Below are positions 19,950 through 27,354 of a DNA stretch of 64,000 bases, piece by piece. The position numbers were made by a program, and so were the translations under genes. Source of the stretch: a virus. Its lineage: Duplodnaviria > Caudoviricetes. The notes beneath the pieces were generated by a model. That model saw only the letters and a list, made by a program, of their open reading frames with translations. It searched no databases and had not been told where the DNA came from. How positions within the stretch are numbered: the first letter of the stretch is position 1; each line of letters starts with the position of its first letter. Where the stretch lies: IMG/VR virus record IMGVR_UViG_3300033417_000005, positions 8,617 to 72,616 of that record. One strand, written 5' to 3'.

Positions 19950-20258
19950 AATAATCATATCAATCTTATATATTAACTACTACTAACCGTATAGAGTCCC
20001 GATGAGGGACCCTACTCTCTTCGGTCAGTCTCTCTACTCATCGGTACTCCGAACGGTCACTACTCTACTCTCCTCGGTCCCTCTACTCATCTACTCTACT
20101 CTTCGTAGTATGGGTACTATGAGCCGATTTTTATCGGCCCTAAGAGGTATATACTACTCTCTATACGGTACGAGTACTCAGGTACTCTACTCTAAGGTAC
20201 TTACTAGGCGCGCGTGCGCGAAGAGGTAATCACTCATACACTCCATACGAGTCACTCT
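19950..20258. repeat. Origin-like region: AT-rich tract plus at least 12 TACTC repeats and GCGCGCGTGCGCG
   Basis: TACTC at about 20013, 20035, 20045, 20061, 20066, 20084, 20092, 20097, 20155, 20175, 20183, 20188. Lies between divergent replication operons. Confidence 0.6.
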
Positions 20259-20720
20259 ATGCCCATCATTCACTCAAAGAGATCTGTATACGCAGGGATA
20301 GACCCCGGTATGAGCGGTGGGCTCGTCTGTATCGGCCCTCAACTAATCGTTACCCCCATGCCTCCTACCGAAAGAGATATCTGGGATTGGTTCGAGGCTC
20401 TTCCGCCCGTACGTCTGGCCGTGATAGAAAAGGTGCATTCCATGCCCCGACAAGGAGTGGCGAGTACCTTCAAGTTCGGTTGCAGCTACGGAGGACTGCG
20501 CATGGCTCTGATTGCTTCTAAGATCCCATTTCAAGAAGTAACGCCCCAAACTTGGATCAAGGGACTCGGGATTCCCGGTAAGAAGAAAACTGAATCTGGG
20601 ACTCAGTGGAAAAATCGTCTCAAGGGCAAAGCGCAGCAATTCTTTCCGCAAGTAGGTGTGACGCTAAAAACGGCGGATGCACTTTTAATCGCCCGGTACT
20701 GCCAAAAAATCGGCAAGTAG
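20259..20720 (+). CDS. RuvC-like Holliday junction resolvase
   Basis: GIDPGMSGG, AVIEKVHSMP, FKFGCSYG, ADALLIA. Confidence 0.85.
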   Translation: MPIIHSKRSVYAGIDPGMSGGLVCIGPQLIVTPMPPTERDIWDWFEALPPVRLAVIEKVHSMPRQGVASTFKFGCSYGGLRMALIASKIPFQEVTPQTWIKGLGIPGKKKTESGTQWKNRLKGKAQQFFPQVGVTLKTADALLIARYCQKIGK

Positions 20721-20739
20721 CGCGGTAAAATGCGTTTAT

Positions 20740-20885
20740 GTTTTCCGCTTACGAAAAGGTGAGCGGCGGATTGAAACACGCTTATTTGCGGAAAGAATTG
20801 CTGCGCTTTGACCACACGGGGTCAATGGTTTGGATCGTGCGCCCTCTGCTTTGCCGTGCGATCTGATTTTGCGGCCCCGTGTGGT
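20740..20885 (+). CRISPR. Solitary CRISPR cassette 1: repeat (20740-20777), 36-nt spacer (20778-20813), long hairpin (20811-20885)
   Basis: Repeat GTTTTCCGCTTACGAAAAGGTGAGCGGCGGATTGAAAC with an 8-bp stem and ATTGAAAC end. Spacer matches the minus strand of 20624-20659 at 32/36. Confidence 0.8.
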
Positions 20886-20911
20886 TCTTACTAATCACCA
20901 GGAAAGTCGCG

Positions 20912-21019
20912 ATGAAACCTAGAATGATAATAGATGTGCTTTTGCTGCTGTTAACGTTTGTTTCTCTAGTGGGTATTAGTTTGTACAATGTCGTTAGGCT
21001 ATTGGAGAAATTTCGATGA
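20912..21019 (+). CDS. Small single-TM membrane protein (35 aa, not in the ORF track)
   Basis: MKPRMIIDVLLLLLTFVSLVGISLYNVVRLLEKFR. AGGA SD. ATGA overlap with the next gene. Confidence 0.55.
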   Translation: MKPRMIIDVLLLLLTFVSLVGISLYNVVRLLEKFR

Positions 21020-21237
21020 GCAATGAAAATCAAGTGACAGAGGACGAGTCGGACGAGAGTAGGTTTTTGAGAGGCTTTAGAAAGGCTTCCATCGCGGACT
21101 TGGAAAAAGTGGTCCGAAGGGCATTGGTGCTGGAGAAACATACGTACGCTGGGCGCGACACCGCAAGCTCTCTCTACCGTCTGCGGAAGAGTTTGGAGGG
21201 TATTTGGGGCCACGAGTTGCCAGAACTGAAGGAGTGA
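21016..21237 (+). CDS. Hypothetical protein
   Basis: Coupled to both neighbours in the operon. Confidence 0.55.
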   Translation: MSNENQVTEDESDESRFLRGFRKASIADLEKVVRRALVLEKHTYAGRDTASSLYRLRKSLEGIWGHELPELKE

Positions 21238-21240
21238 AAA

Positions 21241-21651
21241 ATGTGCCTGTCGGTAGCTGTTAATTATCCGGATTGTGTTTTGAGCAAGGGAGAGCACAAA
21301 GGATTTGAGTGGATGGTGGTACACAACGGCCACGGATACCGTTGCGGCTACGTGCGTCTCCCAGTCGGGCATCCGTGGCACGGTAAGTCTGATTGGGATC
21401 TCAACGCGAATGTTCATGGTGGATTGACGTTCTCCGAGCCGGATAAACCGTGTGATGGAGACCGACCGGACAATGCGTGGTGGATCGGGTTTGACTGCGC
21501 TCATGGGGGCGACGTACCTGACCCGTCCTTGCCGGGGTACACAGACCTCGGGCTTGGGCCAGAGTTTGGAATAGTCCGGACCACGGAGTACGTTGAGGAG
21601 CAATGTCGAGGCTTGTGCGATCAGGCAAAAGCGCGAGCTCGAAGAGGGTAA
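21241..21651 (+). CDS. Conserved phage hypothetical protein
   Basis: RCGYV...HPWHG...VHGGLTFS...WWIGFDCAH motif set. Confidence 0.7.
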   Translation: MCLSVAVNYPDCVLSKGEHKGFEWMVVHNGHGYRCGYVRLPVGHPWHGKSDWDLNANVHGGLTFSEPDKPCDGDRPDNAWWIGFDCAHGGDVPDPSLPGYTDLGLGPEFGIVRTTEYVEEQCRGLCDQAKARARRG

Positions 21652-21708
21652 CTAATCACCTACTTTAGCTACCACAACTTGCTTGTGTTCAGGGAGTCGG
21701 GCGGCGGT

Positions 21709-22251
21709 ATGTCTCAGTTTACGAAACATCTAGAACGGTGGGGAAACTGCGAGCAGTGTGAGCTTCACAAGGTTCGTACGAAGGTGGTGTTGTGGAGAGG
21801 ATCCAAGATTCCTTGCGACGTACTCTTTACAGGTGAAGCGCCCGGGCTGACTGAGGACATTGAAGGGCTGCCTTTCACGGGTCCAGCGGGGCGGCTGCTG
21901 GATCAGATTGTAGAGCGGTCGATACCCAATACCTTGTCGGTGGGATTTACAAATCTTATAGCCTGTATTCCGAGAGCCGTACCGGGTGGAAGCAAGGTGG
22001 GAGAACCTCCGCCTTGGGCTATTAAAGCGTGTGCTGATCGGCTGCGCGAGATTATTAAGATTGCGAATCCAGCACGGATTGTTACCGTGGGTACGCTGGC
22101 GAAGAAGTATTTGCCGAGCAGAAACCTGGAACTGCCCGCCATGGTATCGATTGTCCATCCCGCCGCGATTCTACGGAGCAATCCCGTACAAAAGGAAGCG
22201 GCGATAAGACAGTGTATCATTACTCTAACGGAAATGAGTGAAGATCTATGA
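21709..22251 (+). CDS. Uracil-DNA glycosylase, family 4 (Fe-S)
   Basis: CEQCEL, GEAPG, PFTGPAG, NLIACIP, HPAAILR. Confidence 0.9.
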   Translation: MSQFTKHLERWGNCEQCELHKVRTKVVLWRGSKIPCDVLFTGEAPGLTEDIEGLPFTGPAGRLLDQIVERSIPNTLSVGFTNLIACIPRAVPGGSKVGEPPPWAIKACADRLREIIKIANPARIVTVGTLAKKYLPSRNLELPAMVSIVHPAAILRSNPVQKEAAIRQCIITLTEMSEDL

Positions 22252-23288
22252 AAGAGAATCTGCAAACCGTATGGCGCGGTCCTCATGAAGACGGTATTAC
22301 TCAGTCCCTGCTCTCGCGGTTTCTTATGTGCCGTGAACGGTTTCGGGTATTGGTGATAGAGGGTCTGGCTCCTATGGAACAATTCAATCACCGCCTTGAG
22401 TATGGGAACTTTTGGCATATCTGTGAAGAGCATTCGTCAGGTGGAGGAAACTGGACCGCTCCTGTAACGGCTTATGCAAAACAGCTCGCCCTCAGGTTTC
22501 CCGAAAGCAGGGAACAGATTGAACATTGGTGGCGAGTTTGTCTGCGCCAGTTCGAGATCTATGAGGACCTAAAGGGACCTGTACGATGCAACAGCCTGAT
22601 GCAAGAGTTCGTGTTTTCGGTTCCCTATAAACTGCCTTCAGGTCGTACCGTGATTCTACGCGGGAAGTGGGACTCCGTGTTTGGAGAGGACGACGGTATC
22701 TGGCTGCTGGAACACAAAACCAAAGGGACCGTGGACGAGCAGACCATACGACGTCAGTTGACTTTTGATCTGCAAACCATGTTCTACGTCGTAGCCCTCA
22801 AAGAGCATATACGAACCAACACACGAAAGGAGATGAAAGGGAAGAAAGTAGCCGGGGTGCTCTACAACGTAGTGCGCAGGCCGCTAAGCGGGGGTAAAGG
22901 ATCTATCAGGCAACATAAAGCAACCAAGAACAAGCCGGGGGAGACGAAGGAACACTTCTACGATCGGGTGGCGAAGATCATTCAAGAAGACTCGGAGAAC
23001 TACTTTTTCCGGTGGAAAGTGGTGCTTACGAAGGGAGACGTGGCAGCTTTTAAAAGGAAGTTTTTGAGGCCGATCCTTGAGCAGTTGTGCGATTGGTGGC
23101 ATATTCAGGCAACGCTGACGCCTCCGCTTGCTTGGTATAATCGCAGTAATTACACGCACTGGCAAACTCCCTTTGAAGTGTGGAATGTTTTGGAGAAGGG
23201 AGGCACAACAGACTTGGATGCGTACCTTACCACGGGGAATCGTGCGGGACTTCACAAGGTGAAAACCTTGTTTGGGGAACTTGAGTAA
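22248..23288 (+). CDS. PD-(D/E)XK exonuclease (recombination)
   Basis: QSLLSRFLMCRERF, GKWD...LLEHKT, QTMFY. Confidence 0.8.
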   Translation: MKENLQTVWRGPHEDGITQSLLSRFLMCRERFRVLVIEGLAPMEQFNHRLEYGNFWHICEEHSSGGGNWTAPVTAYAKQLALRFPESREQIEHWWRVCLRQFEIYEDLKGPVRCNSLMQEFVFSVPYKLPSGRTVILRGKWDSVFGEDDGIWLLEHKTKGTVDEQTIRRQLTFDLQTMFYVVALKEHIRTNTRKEMKGKKVAGVLYNVVRRPLSGGKGSIRQHKATKNKPGETKEHFYDRVAKIIQEDSENYFFRWKVVLTKGDVAAFKRKFLRPILEQLCDWWHIQATLTPPLAWYNRSNYTHWQTPFEVWNVLEKGGTTDLDAYLTTGNRAGLHKVKTLFGELE

Positions 23289-23353
23289 CGCCACGCAGAT
23301 GGAGGAGCGTGGATAATCACCCATGGACGTTACCATTCTAAAAGGGGAAGGCT

Positions 23354-23947
23354 ATGATGGCAGTGAAGCAGCGTAAGAAGAAAGAGGGACCTTTGAGCAA
23401 GAGAGACCGGATAAGGGAGTATCTGCAAGGCTGTCCTGATCTGAGAAGTATCAACGCGAAGGAAATTGGGCGTATCTTCGGAGCGAATTCTTCCGAGATT
23501 TATAAGGTGCGGAGGGGGATCTATAAGTCTAGGGCGTTCGAGTACACCAATGCAGGTCGCGACGAGATGTTGAAAGAGACGCCCAAAGAGTTGTCTTGTC
23601 GCAAGGAGCCGACGGGTAAGAGAGGAAGAGTACTGGAATACTTGAGAAACCAGCCTGACCTGGCGAACATCAAAGCTAGGGAAATCGCGGTGAACTTCGG
23701 GGTGCATATTACGGAAGTGTATAGAGCAAGGAAGCTGCTTAGGGAGGAACCAGTCAAGCCACTTCTCCTGAGGTTGTCAGCGCAGGAACCTTCGGCAACA
23801 CTCGCGCAGCAATCTCCAGCTTTCAATGGAGCCGGTGACGACGGGGAACTGATTGGCGACCTGGTTGCACTTAACAAGATGGGTGTCGACAGAGTACGGA
23901 GGGCTGTTAAGATCCTGGACCGTTTGAGTATGGAGGATATTCAATGA
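23354..23947 (+). CDS. Protein with two tandem HTH-like repeats
   Basis: KRDRIREYL...NAKEIGRIFG...EIYKVRR and KRGRVLEYL...KAREIAVNFG...EVYRAR. Confidence 0.6.
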   Translation: MMAVKQRKKKEGPLSKRDRIREYLQGCPDLRSINAKEIGRIFGANSSEIYKVRRGIYKSRAFEYTNAGRDEMLKETPKELSCRKEPTGKRGRVLEYLRNQPDLANIKAREIAVNFGVHITEVYRARKLLREEPVKPLLLRLSAQEPSATLAQQSPAFNGAGDDGELIGDLVALNKMGVDRVRRAVKILDRLSMEDIQ

Positions 23948-24237
23948 AAAAATCCAGAAGAAGAACGGAACTGCCTAAGGACTACGAGCAGTATCTAATT
24001 CGGCTTACGGATGAGATCTTCGAACGGGCTTGCGACGAAATGAGCTGGACGTGGAACGAGCTGGCCGACCACGCCAACGTTAGCCGGAGTGCCGTAGCTC
24101 GGCTTGGCAACTACATTACTAAACTTCCTCGGCTTCAGACGTTCTACAAACTGGCAAGTGCGGTTGACATGGACTTGGAACTCGTAACCAAGCAAGTTGT
24201 TAAACTACGGACGGCGGGAAGTTTGAAAGTCGGCTAG
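23944..24237 (+). CDS. XRE/Cro-type HTH protein
   Basis: WTWNELADHANVSRSAVARLG...PRLQTFYKLA. Confidence 0.75.
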   Translation: MKKSRRRTELPKDYEQYLIRLTDEIFERACDEMSWTWNELADHANVSRSAVARLGNYITKLPRLQTFYKLASAVDMDLELVTKQVVKLRTAGSLKVG

Positions 24238-24368
24238 TTTCCGCTCGCCAATCAGCGGGCGGCGGATTGAAACAAACTACAGGCAGTGGGAAAGTTTGAA
24301 AGTCGGTTAAAACGATCCCAGCGCGGGTGGGGCGGCGTTTCCAAGCTCTCTCGCTCGCCCGTGCTGGG
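24237..24368 (+). CRISPR. Solitary CRISPR cassette 2: repeat (24237-24273), 36-nt spacer (24274-24309), hairpin (24317-24368)
   Basis: Repeat GTTTCCGCTCGCCAATCAGCGGGCGGCGGATTGAAAC (37 nt) shares its last 15 nt and its stem with repeat 1. Spacer is about 29/36 identical to 24202-24236. Confidence 0.78.
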
Positions 24369-24452
24369 TTTCACCGGGAGGGACTCGGTTTCCGTACTCT
24401 GCCGAGTTCCTCCTTTATTGACGCGAAGACTGAGAAAAGGAAAATAGGCAGA

Positions 24453-25358
24453 ATGGTGAAGATAACCAAGGACGTGACAATGGACGTTACAAGCAAGCAG
24501 CTTCGCAAAGGGTCCGTGAGCGGAAGGAAAAGGAAGTTACAAAGCTCCACGAAATCACAAAGCGTGATAGACCGTATTGCTCCGATCAACTTTGGTGAAA
24601 ACGATGGAATCAAGCTCAACCTCTATGGACGGAGCGGCACCGGGAAGACCACATTGTGGGCCACCTTTCCTAAACCGATACTGGCGGTGCTGGCTTCCGA
24701 ATCTAAGACGTCGGGGGAACTTCGGAGCATCAATACTTCCGAGTACCGTAAGACGATCAAGCAAGTGGTGCTGGAAGACTGTGACGAAATCGAGGAAATC
24801 TGCGCCCACGTGAAAGAAGCAAACTATGCTACTTTGGTATTGGACCACGCCACCGGATTGCAGCACAAGGTTTTGGCTGAAGTTCTAGGAATTGATAAAG
24901 TGCCGGAACAGCTTACTTGGGGGCTCGCCACTCAGTCGCAATACGGTCAGGTGGGGGTACGCATGAAGACTTATTTGCGCGCTCTGCTAGACGTAGAAAT
25001 CAACGTGGTGATCGTGGCACAGCAAAGAGAATTTCTTACGGAAGGGGATGAGGGGGCAAGTGAGATTTTAGCTCCGTACGTAGCGAGCGCCTTGAGCCCG
25101 AGCACGTGCGCATGGCTCAACTCCTCGTGCGACTACATTGCACAGACCTACATTAGGGAAGAAACGCTGGAAAAGAAGATCAAGATGGGAAAGAAGACAC
25201 GTATTCGCAAGGTGCGCACGGGCAGCGTACAATTCTGTTTACGGGCTGCACCTCACGCCGTGTATACCACCAAATTTCGCAGACCGAAAGGAGGAACGTA
25301 TCCGGATGTTATTGTAGACCCTGATTATGACAAGATCATGCAAGTCGTGAAAGGATAA
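24453..25358 (+). CDS. AAA_24/Sak4-like ATPase (recombination)
   Basis: LYGRSGTGKTT, TLVLDHATG, DYIAQT. Near the exonuclease and SSB-like genes. Confidence 0.8.
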   Translation: MVKITKDVTMDVTSKQLRKGSVSGRKRKLQSSTKSQSVIDRIAPINFGENDGIKLNLYGRSGTGKTTLWATFPKPILAVLASESKTSGELRSINTSEYRKTIKQVVLEDCDEIEEICAHVKEANYATLVLDHATGLQHKVLAEVLGIDKVPEQLTWGLATQSQYGQVGVRMKTYLRALLDVEINVVIVAQQREFLTEGDEGASEILAPYVASALSPSTCAWLNSSCDYIAQTYIREETLEKKIKMGKKTRIRKVRTGSVQFCLRAAPHAVYTTKFRRPKGGTYPDVIVDPDYDKIMQVVKG

Positions 25359-25371
25359 GAATAAATCTCAT

Positions 25372-25441
25372 CACCTACGGAGGAAGTAGACAAGCGACTT
25401 CACCTACGGAGCAAGGAAACGAGTTCCATGACCTATGGAGG
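25372..25441 (+). promoter_or_regulatory. Three CsrA-type ANGGA sites in the csrA leader
   Basis: CACCTACGGAGG (25372), CACCTACGGAGC (25401), GACCTATGGAGG (25430): exact 29-bp period. The third overlaps the SD. Confidence 0.7.
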
Positions 25442-25449
25442 ATAAAGAC

Positions 25450-25626
25450 ATGCTGGTGCTAAACCGGAGAAAAGGGGAAAGGATTATGATGGGTAAGGAC
25501 GTCGTAATCACGGTGGTTGACATCCGTGGCCCTGTTGTGCGGCTGGGGATTGAAGCCCCGAAGGAATTGCGGATAGACAGAGAGGAAGTCCGTGTGCAGC
25601 GTTCGAAGAGTGACAAGCCAGTCTAA
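25450..25626 (+). CDS. csrA: Carbon storage regulator CsrA/RsmA homolog
   Basis: MLVLNRRKGERIMMG...VRLGIEAPKELRIDREEV. Confidence 0.92.
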   Translation: MLVLNRRKGERIMMGKDVVITVVDIRGPVVRLGIEAPKELRIDREEVRVQRSKSDKPV

Positions 25627-25651
25627 CTAATTTTACAAAGGAAACTTGTAC

Positions 25652-26866
25652 ATGGCAAAGACAAGTGCGAAAAAGCTGTTAGGTCCTAAGTTCAAAAAGC
25701 TGTTTGCGAAGAAGCGCGTGGAGGAGATCAGCCTGGAAGACTTCGGAGGCGGTGGGAATCTCCCGGATGGGATTGAAAATGGGGTGGCCAAGCTGGTGTC
25801 CATTAAGATTGGGGCTTATGGAGAGAGCACAACTTTGGCGGGCAAGCCATTCTTCATGCTACGGGGAGTAACCGTTGCCCCTGCCACACATGAGGGACTC
25901 AAGGTGCGGGGTATCCAAGAGAGTTTCGTGCTGGAACCATTGTGCGACACTTCGGGACGTAAACGTGAGACGGAGGAGGAGCATATCGACTACATGCTTG
26001 CCGTGTTGCAGCAGTTCGGGGTGGACACCGGCGAGATTGATGCGGAAGAGCTGGAGGAGGAAGACTTTTTTGCGGAGCTGATTGCCGACGGCGTCTACTT
26101 CCGCTTCCGCACCTGGAAAGGCAGGCCCTCCGATCAGTTTCCCAACCCTCGGGTTAATATTGAATTCTTAGGAGCCTGTGAGTACGAGGAGGGAGAAGAC
26201 GACATAGTCGCGGAAGAAGTGGAGGACGACACCCCCGAGGAAGACGAGGACGAGGAACCGGATTGGGAAAAGAACGACCGAAAAGGCAAGCGAAGTGCTG
26301 GTACGTCCAAGGGTACTCCTACGAAGAAGCCCGTCAAAGGACGTGACAATGCTGCGCAAGCAAAGGGGAAAAAGAAACCGCCTCCTGAAGATGAAGATGA
26401 AGAAGAAGACGAAGAGGCTGACTATTCCGATGTAACCGACCTTGACTTGCTGTCGGAACTCGCTGAAGATCAAGACGACATAGCGGCGAGGGAGAGGCTG
26501 GTCGAGCTGGGCGTGGAAGCGGGGCTGAGTAAGAAGAAACTCGAAGCCCTCGACAGTTGGTACGACGTGGCCGCGGCGATTGATGAAGCGGGTGAAGAAG
26601 ATGAGAATGAGGATGAGGATGGGGACGATGAAGACGAAGATGAAGACGAAGATGAAGATGAAGATGAAGACGAAGATGAAGAAGAGGGCCGTGAATTAGT
26701 GCCGGAGAAGGGCCAAGGGTGGCAATACAAGCCGCCGGGAGCTCGTAAGAAGATCCCCTGCGTTGTCACCGCCGTTGCCGCACGGCGTAAAACTTGTACC
26801 CTCAAGGGAAAGGATGGAAAGATATACAAGGACGTAACGTGGGCTGCCCTCATGAGTGGCAGGTAA
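25652..26866 (+). CDS. Putative ssDNA-binding protein with very acidic linkers and SH3/KOW-like C-terminus
   Basis: Position after the AAA ATPase, beta-rich N-domain, long D/E tracts. Confidence 0.5.
   Translation: MAKTSAKKLLGPKFKKLFAKKRVEEISLEDFGGGGNLPDGIENGVAKLVSIKIGAYGESTTLAGKPFFMLRGVTVAPATHEGLKVRGIQESFVLEPLCDTSGRKRETEEEHIDYMLAVLQQFGVDTGEIDAEELEEEDFFAELIADGVYFRFRTWKGRPSDQFPNPRVNIEFLGACEYEEGEDDIVAEEVEDDTPEEDEDEEPDWEKNDRKGKRSAGTSKGTPTKKPVKGRDNAAQAKGKKKPPPEDEDEEEDEEADYSDVTDLDLLSELAEDQDDIAARERLVELGVEAGLSKKKLEALDSWYDVAAAIDEAGEEDENEDEDGDDEDEDEDEDEDEDEDEDEEEGRELVPEKGQGWQYKPPGARKKIPCVVTAVAARRKTCTLKGKDGKIYKDVTWAALMSGR
26594..26686 (+). repeat. (GAAGAY)n coding repeat encoding poly-(ED)
   Basis: Seen directly in the sequence. 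Confidence 0.85.
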
Positions 26867-27183
26867 CGCGATTTCTACGCCGTACGGCGCACTCCCAGTC
26901 TTCCGGATGAGATGGGACGGGGGATTAGGGTGATTGCCCCACCGCGCCGTACGGTTTTTTGCTGCGCCAAGGACGTTACATTGCTGCGCCAAGGTGCAAG
27001 CCTGCTTCTAAGCCCCTCAGCCGCACCGTACAGGGCCTAAACCGGCTTTGGCTGCCCCCAGCTGCCATAAACCGCCAACTAGCGCCACATGGCGGCTGAG
27101 AGGCTCTCAGGGGCTTGTAAGAGTGGGCAGTTAGGGTAAAATAGGGGGCATAGCCAGTATCCCACACATTGCGCAGGTCCACC

Positions 27184-27354
27184 ATGCCCAAGTTGCCGCC
27201 AGATAGAAACAAGCGCTCTAAGCGATGCGTCGCTTGCAGCGGTACAGGAAAAAGCAGTAAGGGTCAGGAGTGCAGGCCCTGTCAAGGAAAAGGTGTGAGG
27301 ATTGTTGTTCGATGGACGCGCGACGGTGAAGCAATAAGGAGAGAGCGGGAATGA
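27184..27354 (+). CDS. Small DnaJ-type zinc-finger protein
   Basis: CVACSGTG...CRPCQGKG (2x CxxCxGxG). Confidence 0.65.
   Translation: MPKLPPDRNKRSKRCVACSGTGKSSKGQECRPCQGKGVRIVVRWTRDGEAIRRERE

Noticed and set aside
20782-21603. 273-aa minus-strand ORF and similar long antisense ORFs (e.g. 30403-31176, 48227-48760, 5968-6537)
   Set aside because: They shadow well-supported genes on the opposite strand and have no motifs.
21699-21707. GGGCGGCGG fragment matching the repeat
   Set aside because: No upstream stem arm and no ATTGAAAC; it sits at a translation start.
24202-24309. DGR template/variable repeat pair
   Set aside because: There is no reverse transcriptase, the segment is only 36 bp, and the differences are not adenine-specific.
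20740-24346. A conventional CRISPR array or complete CRISPR-Cas locus
   Set aside because: The two repeats are 3.5 kb apart with genes between them and no cas genes are present. The 22248 nuclease is Cas4-like only in fold and sits in a normal recombination module.
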